Positions 18,111 to 31,500 of a stretch of 64,000 nucleotides of DNA are shown here, in pieces. The first letter of the stretch is position 1; each line of letters opens with the position of its first letter. Location of the stretch: contig NC_087252.1 of the NCBI RefSeq assembly GCF_037042905.1, positions 1,614,001-1,678,000 of the forward strand, given 5' to 3'. The notes under the pieces were generated by a model. That model made no database searches. It had not been told where the DNA came from and saw nothing but the letters and a program-made list of their open reading frames with translations. The position numbers and the translations under genes are program-made. The stretch comes from Lytechinus pictus (taxonomy: Eukaryota).

Positions 18111-20589
18111 TTAATGTAAATAACATTTGTTAAGCCTGTGTATAAGAAATAAGTTACATAACAGATTAATTATCCCTGAATGTCTTGTAAGCCAATGCAA
18201 GTTAAACACAAAGCAGTTACAAATTTACAAATGATCTGAATCATTTCTTCTCAAAACAAATTTATTTTAAGAATCTGCATACTTTTCTTGCCTCCCACTA
18301 GCTGTTTGAATATTACCTAAATAAGTTCCTGTTTAAATCAACTCATCTATGAGGTGTATAAAACAACTTACTCTTTTCTCCTAGAATTATAACAATCCAA
18401 TGAACATTAAACATTGTTTCTCTAGATTTTAGTTTGTCCATACTACTAGTATATGAAACAACTGTATGAAATATTCATAATAAAGAGTCTTGCCTTTCTT
18501 TTTACAAACCACAAAACTACGCATGCAATCAGGTTAACAGCAAAACACATCAACATTTTTCATATCTACAAGTTTATTTCTCGGTTTATGAAAGTTAGAA
18601 CTGATTCATCACTGGTCCAGCAGTGAAATATTTTTTCTAGTATTAAATAGATCAAAATGACAGACTTTTCAAAGGATAAAGGAAAAAAAGCAAATATATT
18701 GAATGTATAAATGGTGACTACTGTATGGTATCTATAAAGGTAAAATCAAATTTGAAATCATGTGGGATGCAAAGAGGTGAGGTAAATCTAATATTGTGAA
18801 TATACATGTTCAAGTGCCCTGCCCAGAAATCCAACTTTATATCTAATTTGATATGGATATGACCAGAATAAAAGAAGCAAATATGAGTAGGCGATACTTC
18901 AATCCACAAATTTAGGAAGCAATTTGGACTAAGCTCAGTTTAAGCAATGGCAATAGAAAAACTGGCACAAAAGTTAGTAAAAATTTCATTTGTATAATCC
19001 CACTTTCCTGAAAAGATCAATGTATGAGATTATCAGATATTCTGCTAAGTTTTTATACAAAATTTTAGTAAAATACCGTAGTAATATTTTTATGATTAGG
19101 ACATTAGGGTTCTATGGTATAACAATTAGAATGAAATATGGGCAATTAAAGACGGGCAAAGTCAATACTTCTGGTCTGGTTTATAACTTGCCTTGGGTTT
19201 TACCAATTCACTGCTCAGAAAATATGTCTGTTCTTTCAACTGACATATGAACTCTTTCATTCTACCAAGTTTCTTTCTAAATTTATGACATTGCTGTATT
19301 TGACCACGGAAACAGAATTACCAGATAATTTAGACATTTTCAGAGAACAAATATTGTCCACAGACTTGAGTGTGAGGATTGACTGAGAATTGATTCTAAG
19401 TAACTTTATGCTACTGTACCCAGATGCAAGGCGCAAATCACTGACAGATGTCATTGCTGTTTGATGATATGAAAACTAAAATTCGTGGTGCTAGAAATTA
19501 TAGTCAATGCTGATAGACATGTGTCCATGGCCCTGTCTCAATAAAGGCCACCGCACACCTTACAACTGTTCGCGATCCGATTTTGGAACAAATCGCATTT
19601 TGCTCATTTTCTGAAAATGTGACTGGAACATATAACTTTATTTGAGGTTAAAATTAATTGAATATTAATATAACCATTTTGAAAGATTGCATGCCTTTAT
19701 TTTGGAGTAAATGCAAAATTAGTTTCAAATCGTAGCCAATCGTACGACTGCTATGGCGTCATTACGACTAGATATTAAATTTGCTTTTATTCTAAGAAGG
19801 ATGATAGCATAGTCACAGATTTGAACATAGGTATTTGTACGATGATTTAGAACATTACACAGTAAGATATTCTGTGTTTCAATATTAGCATCAAATTCTA
19901 CTAGGTTCTTTTCCAAATCGGGTCGCAGACCAATCGTAAGGTCGCCTTAAAACTTAGCAATTAATCATAGGTTGACTTTACGATTGATCATAGATAATAA
20001 CCAATGCAATCAATGGTAGAAATCAACCCAACGATCAGTCGCTAAGCTTCATGTAACAGGGCCTACACTGTAGCTGAAGCTTTGATAAAGCAACCAATTG
20101 TTTTTCCAGCACAAACTCATAGGCGCCAGGGAAGAAGCCTACTCTACCACTACGAATACAAAAATAACCAAATTGGCTGAGTCTGAAAGTGTCTCCAATA
20201 TACAAACATGTCCTGACTTGGAAAAATATTCTCAAGAATGGAGAGAGAAAAATGAAAACTTGAAGTCTACGGGGCATCAGCTTTCATGGATATAAATCAC
20301 ACAGGGTTGAACAATGGTAGATTGAGATTTATGACTAGCAATCGTAATGCAATTCTACTTGAAAATGCCTTATTTTTTCACTATCCCCTGGCCTGACAGT
20401 TGCTTGAGGCTAATCAGGCTTAGCTGCAGAAGTTCTCAGTGGTACACTCATGTTTGCTGTCCCCCAAAGATATCACTGTTACAGGTATTTCCAATGCTTT
20501 TGCACAAAGTCGGGGGTCAGCAAATACTTATCAACTCCCTATGAAAGCTGACGCCCCTACTGACTTCCAAAAAACAAAAAAAATGTCTC

Positions 20590-20802
20590 TCAATTTGAAC
20601 TTCCCGTCGGATCGATTCCCGCCTGTTGTAACTGTGCTCTCAAGAGGGCGTTCTCTCCTTTGACTTCCTCAAGCTGCTGTCTCATGAGTTCAATGTCGAC
20701 GGAGAGTCTCTCTGCGTCCTTCAGGCTCTCGGCCATGCGTGTATTAGACTGCCTGAGATCCTGGATGTAATCGCATGTCTTTGAGAGGATACCTCCTTTA
20801 CT
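20590..20802 (-). CDS. USF: USF exon 8, helix 2 and leucine zipper to the stop codon
   Basis: SKGGILSKTCDYIQDLRQSN...ENALLRAQLQQAGI; 213 nt. Confidence 0.97.
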   Translation of the reverse strand, partial: SKGGILSKTCDYIQDLRQSNTRMAESLKDAERLSVDIELMRQQLEEVKGENALLRAQLQQAGIDPTGSSN

Positions 20803-23800
20803 CTGTAGTGAAAGGAAGAAAAATTCAACCAGTAAAATGGCACCCAAGAGCGTTTGGAAGGTACACGTATATCATCATTTCGGTTAATGTATAGTTACAG
20901 AGGGATGATGGAGGGGGCATTTTGAAATCATAACCATATGAATTTCTCAAAAAATGCTGACAAAATTAGAAACAAATAGATCATAGACAATTCGTATAAA
21001 GAAGACGTGAAAATGTCCCATGCACCCCCTGTGTCTCCTTCCTCAGCTCCTCTATCATTTCACCCATATGCTTTTATAAACAACCAATATGCCAAAGATT
21101 ACCTACCTAATGCTTTTGGGTGCCCTTTCCCAGGTAGGAAATTTGGTGTTTATAAAAAAATAAAAATAAATGGCGTATCTAGTCCTTCCCCCCCCCCCCC
21201 CCCCCCCCCGAAGTGTGATTGTTATCAGGGTTGGGGGAATGGGAAATATTGGAGGTGAATTCTCCATACCACCTCAATAATTTTTATTTTCTTTAATATT
21301 TTCAGGCATTACCAGAGTATTCCTAAAGCATATTCTAGCATTTTCCAGTACCTCCCTGCGCGAGAAATGCTTGAATTTCCCTGAATTGCCAACTATCAGA
21401 AACCCCAATGCATACTAACCTGGCCTTGTTTGGAATGATCTATGTTGCAATCTGGGATGATTTTGGATAGTTTGACGATCCAATTGTTGATTTTATCTCT
21501 TCTTCTTCTTTCTACCTCATTGTGCGTGGCTCTCCTCCTCTCATCCCGCACTGTTCTTGCACTGTCCACCTTCCTAAGATGGTAAATATTAGGTAACACA
21601 TAATCAAGATTGGTGATCCCATATCATTAACACTATAAGTACTTACTTATTATCATTATCCTCATCCCTATCATCATCATCATCATCATCATCATCTTCA
21701 TCATCATCATCATCAACATCCTCATCATCATCATCATCATCATCACCACCACCACCGTCATCATCACCACCACCAGCATCAACATCCCCATCATCATCAT
21801 CATCATCATTATTCTAGGAACCAAGGTCAAACAAATCTCGTTCATCAGCAATAACCAAAAGTTCCCGGACGTAGCTCACGCCGTTAACTTGTGCGTCCCA
21901 GTAACTTCCAGTAGCTTGAAGTTATGAATAGTATACAGCAAGAGGGATAACACGAGTAGCAAGTATTATGTTGATTCCTCCTCGAAATGAAAGAAGAGAT
22001 TAAGGACATGGTGTGAAAGCAGATGCGACTAGACTAGCGCTATCCTCAGTACGAGTAGACCGAATGTTGTTAGGTCAAACATCATTGAACTAAAAGTAGA
22101 GTTTCTAGTTCAGCGCAAAAAGTGAATGGTGAATTCACACACTGCAAAAACTCTGGTGTTGATTTAACACCAGCCCAGAATCTATATATGTCCACACCAA
22201 GAAGGTGTTAAACAACACCAGGTTCGTTTTGGTCTAACACCAGATAGGTGTTTATACAACACCAATTAGTATCCAAACAGCATCGGTTTGATTCCAAACT
22301 GGTGTTGTTTCAATACTTCTCTGGTGTGGAGAGATATAGATTCCGGGCTGGTGTTAAGTCAACACCGGAGTTTTAGCAGTGCACCATGAGCTACATCCGA
22401 CAACTTTGGGCTATTGTCGATAGCTATCTTGATGGTAGTGGTAGAGAGCTTACGTATTGAACTGGTGTGTCCTTGGTGCTATGGTTCTCTGTGATGCTCC
22501 CTGTAGGACATCTTGAGGTGACATCATCACGTAAAACTGACCTGCAAATTGGCAACACACGACGGCGATTAGTCAGAGTCTAATGGGGCGTTGCAAGAAA
22601 GTTACGTTGCAATTGATCGGAGGACTTACGCTCGATTTGCGTTCAATTGCAAGTTTCTTGCAACGCCCCATAAGACAAAGAAATTCATTCATCTTTAAGC
22701 AATGCAGAAAAACAAATTAAAGTTAACATTGGAGGCTATGTGACTACAGTTCCTTTGGCATTATGTACAGCATACAGAAAATGTCCCAAATCAAGAAATA
22801 GAGTCAATTTTAAAAAGAAAATCAGTGTTGCTTCCTTTTTGCCAAGGGACTGTGTCCGCATCACTGACTTTCTGTAAGGCGTCCTTCATGTTATACTTAC
22901 CACCTGACGAACCTGTTGGCTGTGCAGCGATCCCAGGTTGTTCCCCACCGCTAGCCGTCCCTCCACCATCGCCACCCATCGTTGATGCCGCAGGAAAGTA
23001 GGTGAATCTTGTCTCTCCTCCCTGGCTTTCACTCGTCGGACTCTCTCCATTGAACGACCCCTGGATGACCTGTGTCAAAGGTCAAAGTTGAAAGGGTAAC
23101 AGATAGACAAAAGATAATTCTGTGTCAATAGTTCATGTATTAAATAGGTAGAAAATAATTACTGGAATGTTTTGGGTATTTTTTTATCACATTTATTGCA
23201 GTTGAGAATGATACATTGCTGTACATACACTGTATTGCAAAAATATCTTAATTCCTAAAATGTTGAAAATAAAATGCTAGTGGTTTAGATAAACACTGTA
23301 CATGATGAACTTTCGAGATGACTCTGCATATATACATGTACATGTATAATTCAAAGCATTATTCCAGACAGAAATATGCTAATCATATCTTATTTACATC
23401 TTTTACTTCAAATTTAACTTTAATTTAATTAGTAGAGTTGAATTAGGCCGAGTCAAATGCATTACAGTCAAATACATATAGAGGTAGTGATAAGGAGTGT
23501 ACAATGGTCATATATACATGTTTGGTTTATGATTAAAATTTTGATCACTATCACATTTAATACAAGAGTCAAACACCTATGAGAGTTAATATTATTGAGA
23601 ACTACATGTATATTTAAAGTAAATTATTTACACAATTTCATAACAAAACTCTTTTTTAATTTCAATAATTTTTTTTCTCAAAATATGGAGGTTCATAAAG
23701 CAAGCGATAGATCTGTCCAAATTGTGAAAAGATTACAGTTTAACTGCCTTCTTTCAAATCTTGCACACCTTTTGAAAGCATATTCGGCTATTTGCTACAC

Positions 23801-25505
23801 AGAATTGCATTTGTAAGTGCATGCTACACCAGAAATTGATCAAAAACATATTTTTATGTTCAATTCCAAAGCAAATTTTGTACTAATTAGAATTCTTAAA
23901 GTAGCATTATTAGTGATAAAAACATTTTTGGTGTGGCCTGGAAAAATTTAGTTTGGTTGGAACTCCCTTTGAAACTGGTTTATCTCACCATAATTCCTCT
24001 TTAAAAAGCATAACTGTATAAATATCAATTGTATTCACACCAAAGCATACATGTAGCAACATATGCATGTGCACTTTAATAGACTCTACCAGGGGTGTGA
24101 GTGGTCACAAATAAAAAGATCAGAAAAAGTGTTGAAAAAGTCTGAAATAGAAAGAGCTCCCATACTTTTTGTACAGAGGAAGGCCAAAAATAAGCTGAAA
24201 TTAAGCTGAAAATCAAAACAAAAAAATCTGAAATCAGATAAAAATCAGAACTCTCACACCCCTGGACTCTACTTCAATTACATACAGTATAAGTACAAAG
24301 TATTTCGCACGTGTACTGATTGTAAAACACGATTCCACTGTAAAAGGATAATTCACCCATTATTACTTCAGGAAGGATCCGCCCTAGGCTCATAATGCTC
24401 CATTCACAGACCAGTCTGATGAGAGGTCATGTGATTTGTTGTGTGAGCAGACGACATCGAGTCAGCATATTTACTTTTGAACTTGAATACACATACATGT
24501 AGTAACCTACTTTATTAATGTTATAAATCTAGCAACAAATTGCCATGAAATTCCATGGCATATTATTAGGGCCCCCTCATTTTTGAGGGGTCAATAAACT
24601 ATTATTAAAGGTAAAAGAGAGTAGTTGCAGCAAACAATGATTTCATGAGGAGTCTTTTATTGTCAAAATATTATCATACAGTACATCTAGATCTGGTACA
24701 TTAATGTAAACTTATCTTTGTAAAATCATGAAATCTTAGCTCAAAATCGATAATTCTGATGATCACTAACACAGAAAAACATGTGTGGGACAGTGTATTA
24801 ACATGGCTTCGAAAAATACCTGATATTTGATGGAATTCTGTGCTTAAAAATTTCTCAGCAATTATAAATTTTTTCCCCTTAGCTATTTGGTGCATATTTT
24901 TTATGCATACAAACGCTTTGGTGGGAATTTTATTGGATTCTGTTCAAACTCATTTTGAGATCGTTAGCACAACTGGTAGTTACCTTAAACTTGCTTTTTA
25001 AATGTATTCCACAGATATTGATCATGTATGATGATTGTTTGTTATCTTTAATCATGGCAAAAATAAAACAATTCAAGTTTTTTATGATCAATCAAATGAA
25101 TTGTAAAACTTTTTTCTGTTGAAAATGAAACAAATAAAACTTTGAAAAAGAAAAGGATTGCGTTAATAGTAAATGGTCACAGTTGAACTTACCTTTAATT
25201 TAAAAAAAAAAAATTTCAGTGAACTGTTTATGGATGATTTTCTTTTTTATTTGACAAAGTAAATTGGAAATTGGACAAAATTGATATTATATGTACATAT
25301 CAAATGGGTTTATCCCATTATCCCATGTAGTTTTAGACTAAATGTATCTGATAAGTAGACTGCTTTTAGATCCAAACATTATCATCATCACCATCATCAT
25401 CATCGTCATCATCATCATTATCATCACTATCATCACCATCATCATCATCATCACCATCACCATCATCTTCATCAACATCATCATCATCATCATCCTCATC
25501 AACAA

Positions 25506-25538
<33 letters not shown>

Positions 25539-28500
25539 ATCATCATCACTGACCTGTGTCAAAGCTTGTTGTCCCTGGGGGAATGTCGTCACAACGGCTT
25601 GCGGGTTGGCTTCAGTATCTCCTACCTGAACCACTCGGTATGTTACCTGGCTCTGTCCATTGCTGTCTGTACGGAACTGATACTGTGGGTGAAAAGAGAC
25701 AAATACAAGAGAAAAAATGAGATGAAGATTTATGTAGCACAGTGAAGTAACTCAGAATAGGAAAATCATCTATTCTGTAGGTGGGAAGAGACAAAACTGA
25801 CAAATACAAGAGAAAAACACCGGAGCTAAAGGATTGTGTAGTAAAGGAAAGTCACTTTATAGAAGTGATGAAAGTATATGAAAATCAAATGTTTCTATAG
25901 TCAAATGTTAAAACCTAATTCATTAATTAGGATTTTCCCTTAGCAGTGTAGCCCCTCGAATGTCTATTGTGAACTATGCATGTATTACATGTACATGTAC
26001 CTAACTTTTTTGCTGAAATTCCTTCTCTCTTTCTATTTTTTCTAAAGCGCTTTATAGAGAAACCTTTGTGATAAAGTGCTAAACAAATACTCTTAATCGA
26101 ACTCCCACTGAAATTAATTATAATCCAGTATCGAGACAAAAAATAATATTTCCAGCATACAATTAATAATTTGCAGCATTTCTAAAAACTATTTTAGTTT
26201 AAAAAACTAATGCACATAAAGATATTTGAAGCAAATCTTTTCAACAAATCTACTCAATTTGAAAAAAAAAATGATTGGCATTGTTGTGACATTACGACTG
26301 AGTTATATTAAAATATCTAATATAGTAAAGCATAAATTACCTGGATATTCTCAGCAAATGGCCCCTCTCCACTGGGGTCTGTAACAACCTGATCTCCTGT
26401 AGGTAAAATATAATATAATTAGCAGTGGGCTATACAGTGGTCAAAATAACCTTCTTCATAATTTTTACTAAGGGAATAGTTTTTTTGTGTTTCTTTACTC
26501 AACATGAAATGACATTATTTTTTTCTCAGGTGCCTAATGACTCGAAATTACAATCGTCCATACATGTATGCCGATACCTGATATTTGATAACCACTACCG
26601 GTATTTCATGTATGAAGGCTTTGTGGAAAAGAGGCTTATAGAATATACAGTTTGCATAATTACCTTGAAAATTTAAAATCTCAACCTTATTTAAGTTTTT
26701 GATATAACATGGCCAAAGTTCATTGACCCTAAATGACCTTTGACCATTATCACGTCACCTGCAACTTACACGTTCAGATGGTCAATGCTACCTGATTCCC
26801 CTTAAATCTAAGTTTCATTAAAAAAAAACCTTCTTACTTTTTATGTTATGATGAAACTTCAAAAATTTAACTTAGGTTAGGATTTCAATATTGATACCCA
26901 ATACAGTCTATATTGTAAGTTCATTGACCTTGACAATGTGACCAGAAACCCTTGCAAGATTATCAGTGATCCTTGATTACCCTAACGAATAACTTTTGTG
27001 AAATAGGTCCATATCATAATTACATGTAAATTTCAAAACTTAACCTTGGTTAAAGGTAAATTCCAGTTCTGGTAACGATCTCAAAATGACTGTTTACAGA
27101 ATCTAATATAATGACCACCCAAGTGTCTGTTTGTATGAATAAAAAATATGTGCCAAAGGATTCTGGAAGAAATTGTGTAATTGCTGAGAAATAAGCAAAA
27201 TAAGCGCGGATTCGGTCACTTCCGTCGGGTCTTTATTCCAGCAATAATAATACACTGTCCCACGTGTGCCTATCTGTGTTGGCGATCTTCAGTGTGATCG
27301 TATTTCAGCTTAGATTTTATGATTTCACAAAGTTCAGTTTATGTAACTGTACCAGATCTAGATCCACGATGATATAGTCATACTTAACCTTGGTTTTACA
27401 GACTTTCTCACGAAATTAGTGTTTTACTGCAACTACTGTAATTTAGCTTTAAGAGTTCAATTTTAAAACCGCCGCCATCTGAAAAGTGGCATCTACAGTC
27501 TGTTCTGGTATGCAGGCCAGACCAATTTTAGAGCAAAGAAAAGAGAGGAGAAAAAAGAAAAATGTAAAAAGAGGAAAAAAAAGAGAGGCATGTGCTGAAA
27601 CTGTATAATACCCCTAAAGCTCCCCCAATCATGTTTCTATTAGTAAAAAAGGAGGAAAAGAAAAAAAAAAGAGTAAGAAAATGAACTATATTTCTTACCA
27701 TCTGCTGTTAGATGTACTGTCACTTCTTCGTCTAAATCTTTGTCCTTGTCTTGTGGTCTGCAAAAACAAGAAAAAAAAAGACAAAAAATATATTATCCTC
27801 ATATCAAAATTCAAAATAGACTATCAAATCATTTGATTTCCATTGTGTATACTTTGAGATTCAGTTTCGGTTTTGTTTTGCTTTTTTATTTAAAGAGCTC
27901 AACAAATGTAATACACATGAATAAAATTGACACAATCAACGGAGAGAATACATTAAATGCATGATAGTCAAGAACTCACAGAAACACATACCACATGCAT
28001 GTAAACTGAAATAAAACTTAAAATTCAAGAAATCTCTTCAAAAGCAGAGCGATGTAGATCAGATAAATGACAGTCACTAGTGTACAGATCTATGGGACTA
28101 CAGGGGGGGGGGGCAACTCCATGTACCCCACCCTCAAAAAATAAAATCAATGATGGGGGGGGGGGAGGGGGAATTGAAATGTAGAAATAAGGGAAATAGA
28201 AAGGAAAAGGTATTTAATAACCTGAAAATGATTGTTTAACTCATGTTAAACTCTCACCTTATTTGTGCAATATCCAAAGAAACCACTTTGGCCATTATTC
28301 AAGACATGAAGCAACCAAAAAACAATGATTCATAAAAAGTGGATAGATCCGAAAAGTAATCCAAGAATAATTCCAAATTAAGGTTATTCCAAAGTTACTG
28401 TACTCTACTCTAATACCATAAAGCATATCACATCAAATAGCATCTATTTACTATAAAAATATAGCTTTCAATTTTCTCATCAGTGAATAGAGTCAAGTAC

Positions 28501-31500
28501 TTGAATGCCATGAAGAAAACTGCAACGCTAGGAAAACAGCAAAGAGGAAAAAGTAAGGAGAGAGGAAAGAGGTTCGGAAAGTTAGCCATAGTCATGTGAC
28601 CTAACTCACGCCAGACGGACACGGGGGCATTTTACTACGACTATTTATGAATGAAACCATTTCAGGTACTATCGACCGAGGAGTGAAGTCTTGTGAAATC
28701 ACGTCCCCTTGGAGATCAAAATTGTCCGCCTCTTAGAGTTTGCTCCAAGGTCGACTTGTGAGACAGATCAAAATGCCTGTTGTTTTTAAATAAACAAAGG
28801 CTGTTTGTGTAAACCTGAGAACTTGTCAGAGGCTTGAAAAAAACATAGCAACAGCTAGAAAATTGATTCTTCTACAAGCGGGTAAAGGGAATCTGACCTC
28901 TCTCGTTTAAAGAAAGAAGCATCCTTACATTTGAATAAGCAGGCCTATTCGTTTAACATAAAACCATGGAACACATTAACCCTTTAAACACTTCCCTACA
29001 TATTACTGGGGGGAGGCTAAATCATTTAGCCCCCCTCCAACCTATCCAGTAAAACAATGTCCATTATTTTGTTAGACATGCCGAGCATTCAAGTAGTCTG
29101 GAGCCTGGTTAGAGGGACTGTTTCCCAGATGACAGGGGGTTCACGTTGCACCCAGTCATGGGGGCTGAACGTCACCCCACGAGGCCGAGCCCACATGACT
29201 CGACATGATTGGCTACGAGGGAACAATAATAACAGCATCCTGTTCTTAACTTGGTGTTAAACACGATGGATGTTACTTGGTAATTATTAGGGGACCGGTG
29301 AAGAAGGGATAGAGATATTTTATACTCTCTTTTATTTTAATGAATACATGTACTCTCTGTTATTTCACCCTCAATTTATTTTCCAATCACCTTTTTTCCC
29401 TCTTTTTTTGGCTTCGTTTGATTTTAGTCTTTTCTATTTATATTCCTCTTGTAACGTTTTTTTTCTGGTAACAAGGTGCTTCTTTATTTTATGTAATGAA
29501 CAATTATTCTGTTTCATATTTCATTGCTTAAGGTTTAAACACTTATAATGTTTCTCCAAATGGGAGGCTAATTTTCTACAAGCTCTGCTTTTAATAGGCT
29601 ATGCCACTTTTCTTACAACCTGTGCTGTACCTTACCATGTTAAATACTTCAATTGAATTTGAAATGCAGGGGAAAAAGTCACACGATGGCTGGGGCAATT
29701 TAACCCCGAAATGCGGAGCACTGGCAACTAAAAATGGAAATCCCCATTCATTGCAATGCTAAAGCTTATCCAATGCTAGGCAGTAGGTTGTCAAAAGTAA
29801 ACTCCCCTCCAAAAAAAAATTGTAATAATTTCTGCTTTTTTGAAATGCTATGTATTTGCTATTTGTCAAAGCGGAAGGAAAATATGTGAGGAACAAAAAA
29901 TAAATTCAAGACTCATTATGAAGCTGCATGTTTCACAAGCATTTTACTCACATAGATTCTTAATGTTCTATAGGAGTATGTTTATTATTTCGATCAGATT
30001 TAGAGCACATTCTCGGTAAATTTAATTGTTTATCACTTTTCTACAAATTTATAAAAACATTTTGTGAAACAAATCTTAAAAATTAGTGATACATTCAGTG
30101 TGTATATCAGAAGTGAGATGAAGATTTTATTCTGAACTTTTCACTTACATTTAATTAAGGTCTTATGTTCTTTCCTATCAAAATAACTGTATCATTAAAA
30201 TGAATACTGTACATGATGCACAGAGCTGCCAAGTTGTATTTTGCATTTACAGTATTCTTATCCCCCAAAATCAGTATTTTGACCCAAAAAATCAGTATTT
30301 TTACCGTGTGAGATAAATATTGTGTATTTTTCCCCAAAAAAGTGTATTTCATAATAAAATGCTTGGCGCACTCGCCCGTCACGGCGCTCAAGCTGCATGC
30401 AAGCTAAAATGCGCACTGCTCTCGCAGATGAAAAAAAAAAACCATTGAAACTTGTGTATATCTCACCCTGGTTTTAACAAAATGATTGAAAAAAAAAACA
30501 AGTTACCTGAAATTACATTGATCTAATAACCATATTTGTGTACGTTTTATGAAATAGAGACGTACTAAATACGGCTAAAACGTAGTGGTTGGCAGGTCTG
30601 GATGCAGTTGAACAAACATGCACATGTACATGTAGGTTGAACAATCACTAATGCACAAGCCCTACAGAGCAGTTTAAAAAGTTTCAAAATGAGCACTTGA
30701 GCTGAAAGGGGAAATGGATCAATTACAGACAGAAATGAGTTGTTAATTTAAGTTCATTATCACTAACTCACTGTTTTTCCTTCGTTGCATGTACATTTAC
30801 GTATATTCTCTTCCCCTCTCTGAACTTCATTTCTCTTGCTCTCTCCAATACACTCTGCCCTTCCCTCATTCCCTTCTAATCTTCCTCACCACCTCTCTCT
30901 CTCTTCCCAATTTCCCCCAATGATCCCTCCTAAACATTCCTTCTCATGCAACCTCTCTCTATGCCACCTTCACTTCACTCTCTTTATCCATTCATCTACA
31001 TGTATCTCTCCCTCCCCTCCTTTCTCGATTTGTTCTAAAACTCCCTCCCTCCATCCATCCTTCCTACCTTCATGTTTCACTCGATCCTCCCTCCATCCAA
31101 CCATCCCTCACTCCATCTACCCCTCCTTCACTCCTCCCTCCCTCCCTCTACCCATCCATGACTATCAGACCAGTATCCATCAATCCACAATATTTAGCAA
31201 TCCACCCCTCCCTCCCTTGATTCATATCCAACCATCCCTTCATCCATCTACCCATCAATTTATTCACCCCTCCCTCCCTCCATATTTCATCCATCCATTC
31301 ATCCTTCCATCAATTCATCCATCCACGCACCCATTCATCCCTCCCTCCCTCTGTCCCCCTATTCATTCATCCATCCACCACTCCATCTATTCATCAACCC
31401 ATCCACCCGTCCATCCCTCGATCATCCATTCCTCCATCTATCCATCTATACCGGTATATCTGTCTATATATATCCATCCATCCATCCCTATTTAAACTAC

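Noticed and set aside
30836..31495. 219-aa P/S/H/I-rich ORF
   Set aside because: Stop-poor (CCAT)n low-complexity tract in USF intron 1; TTG start; no domain
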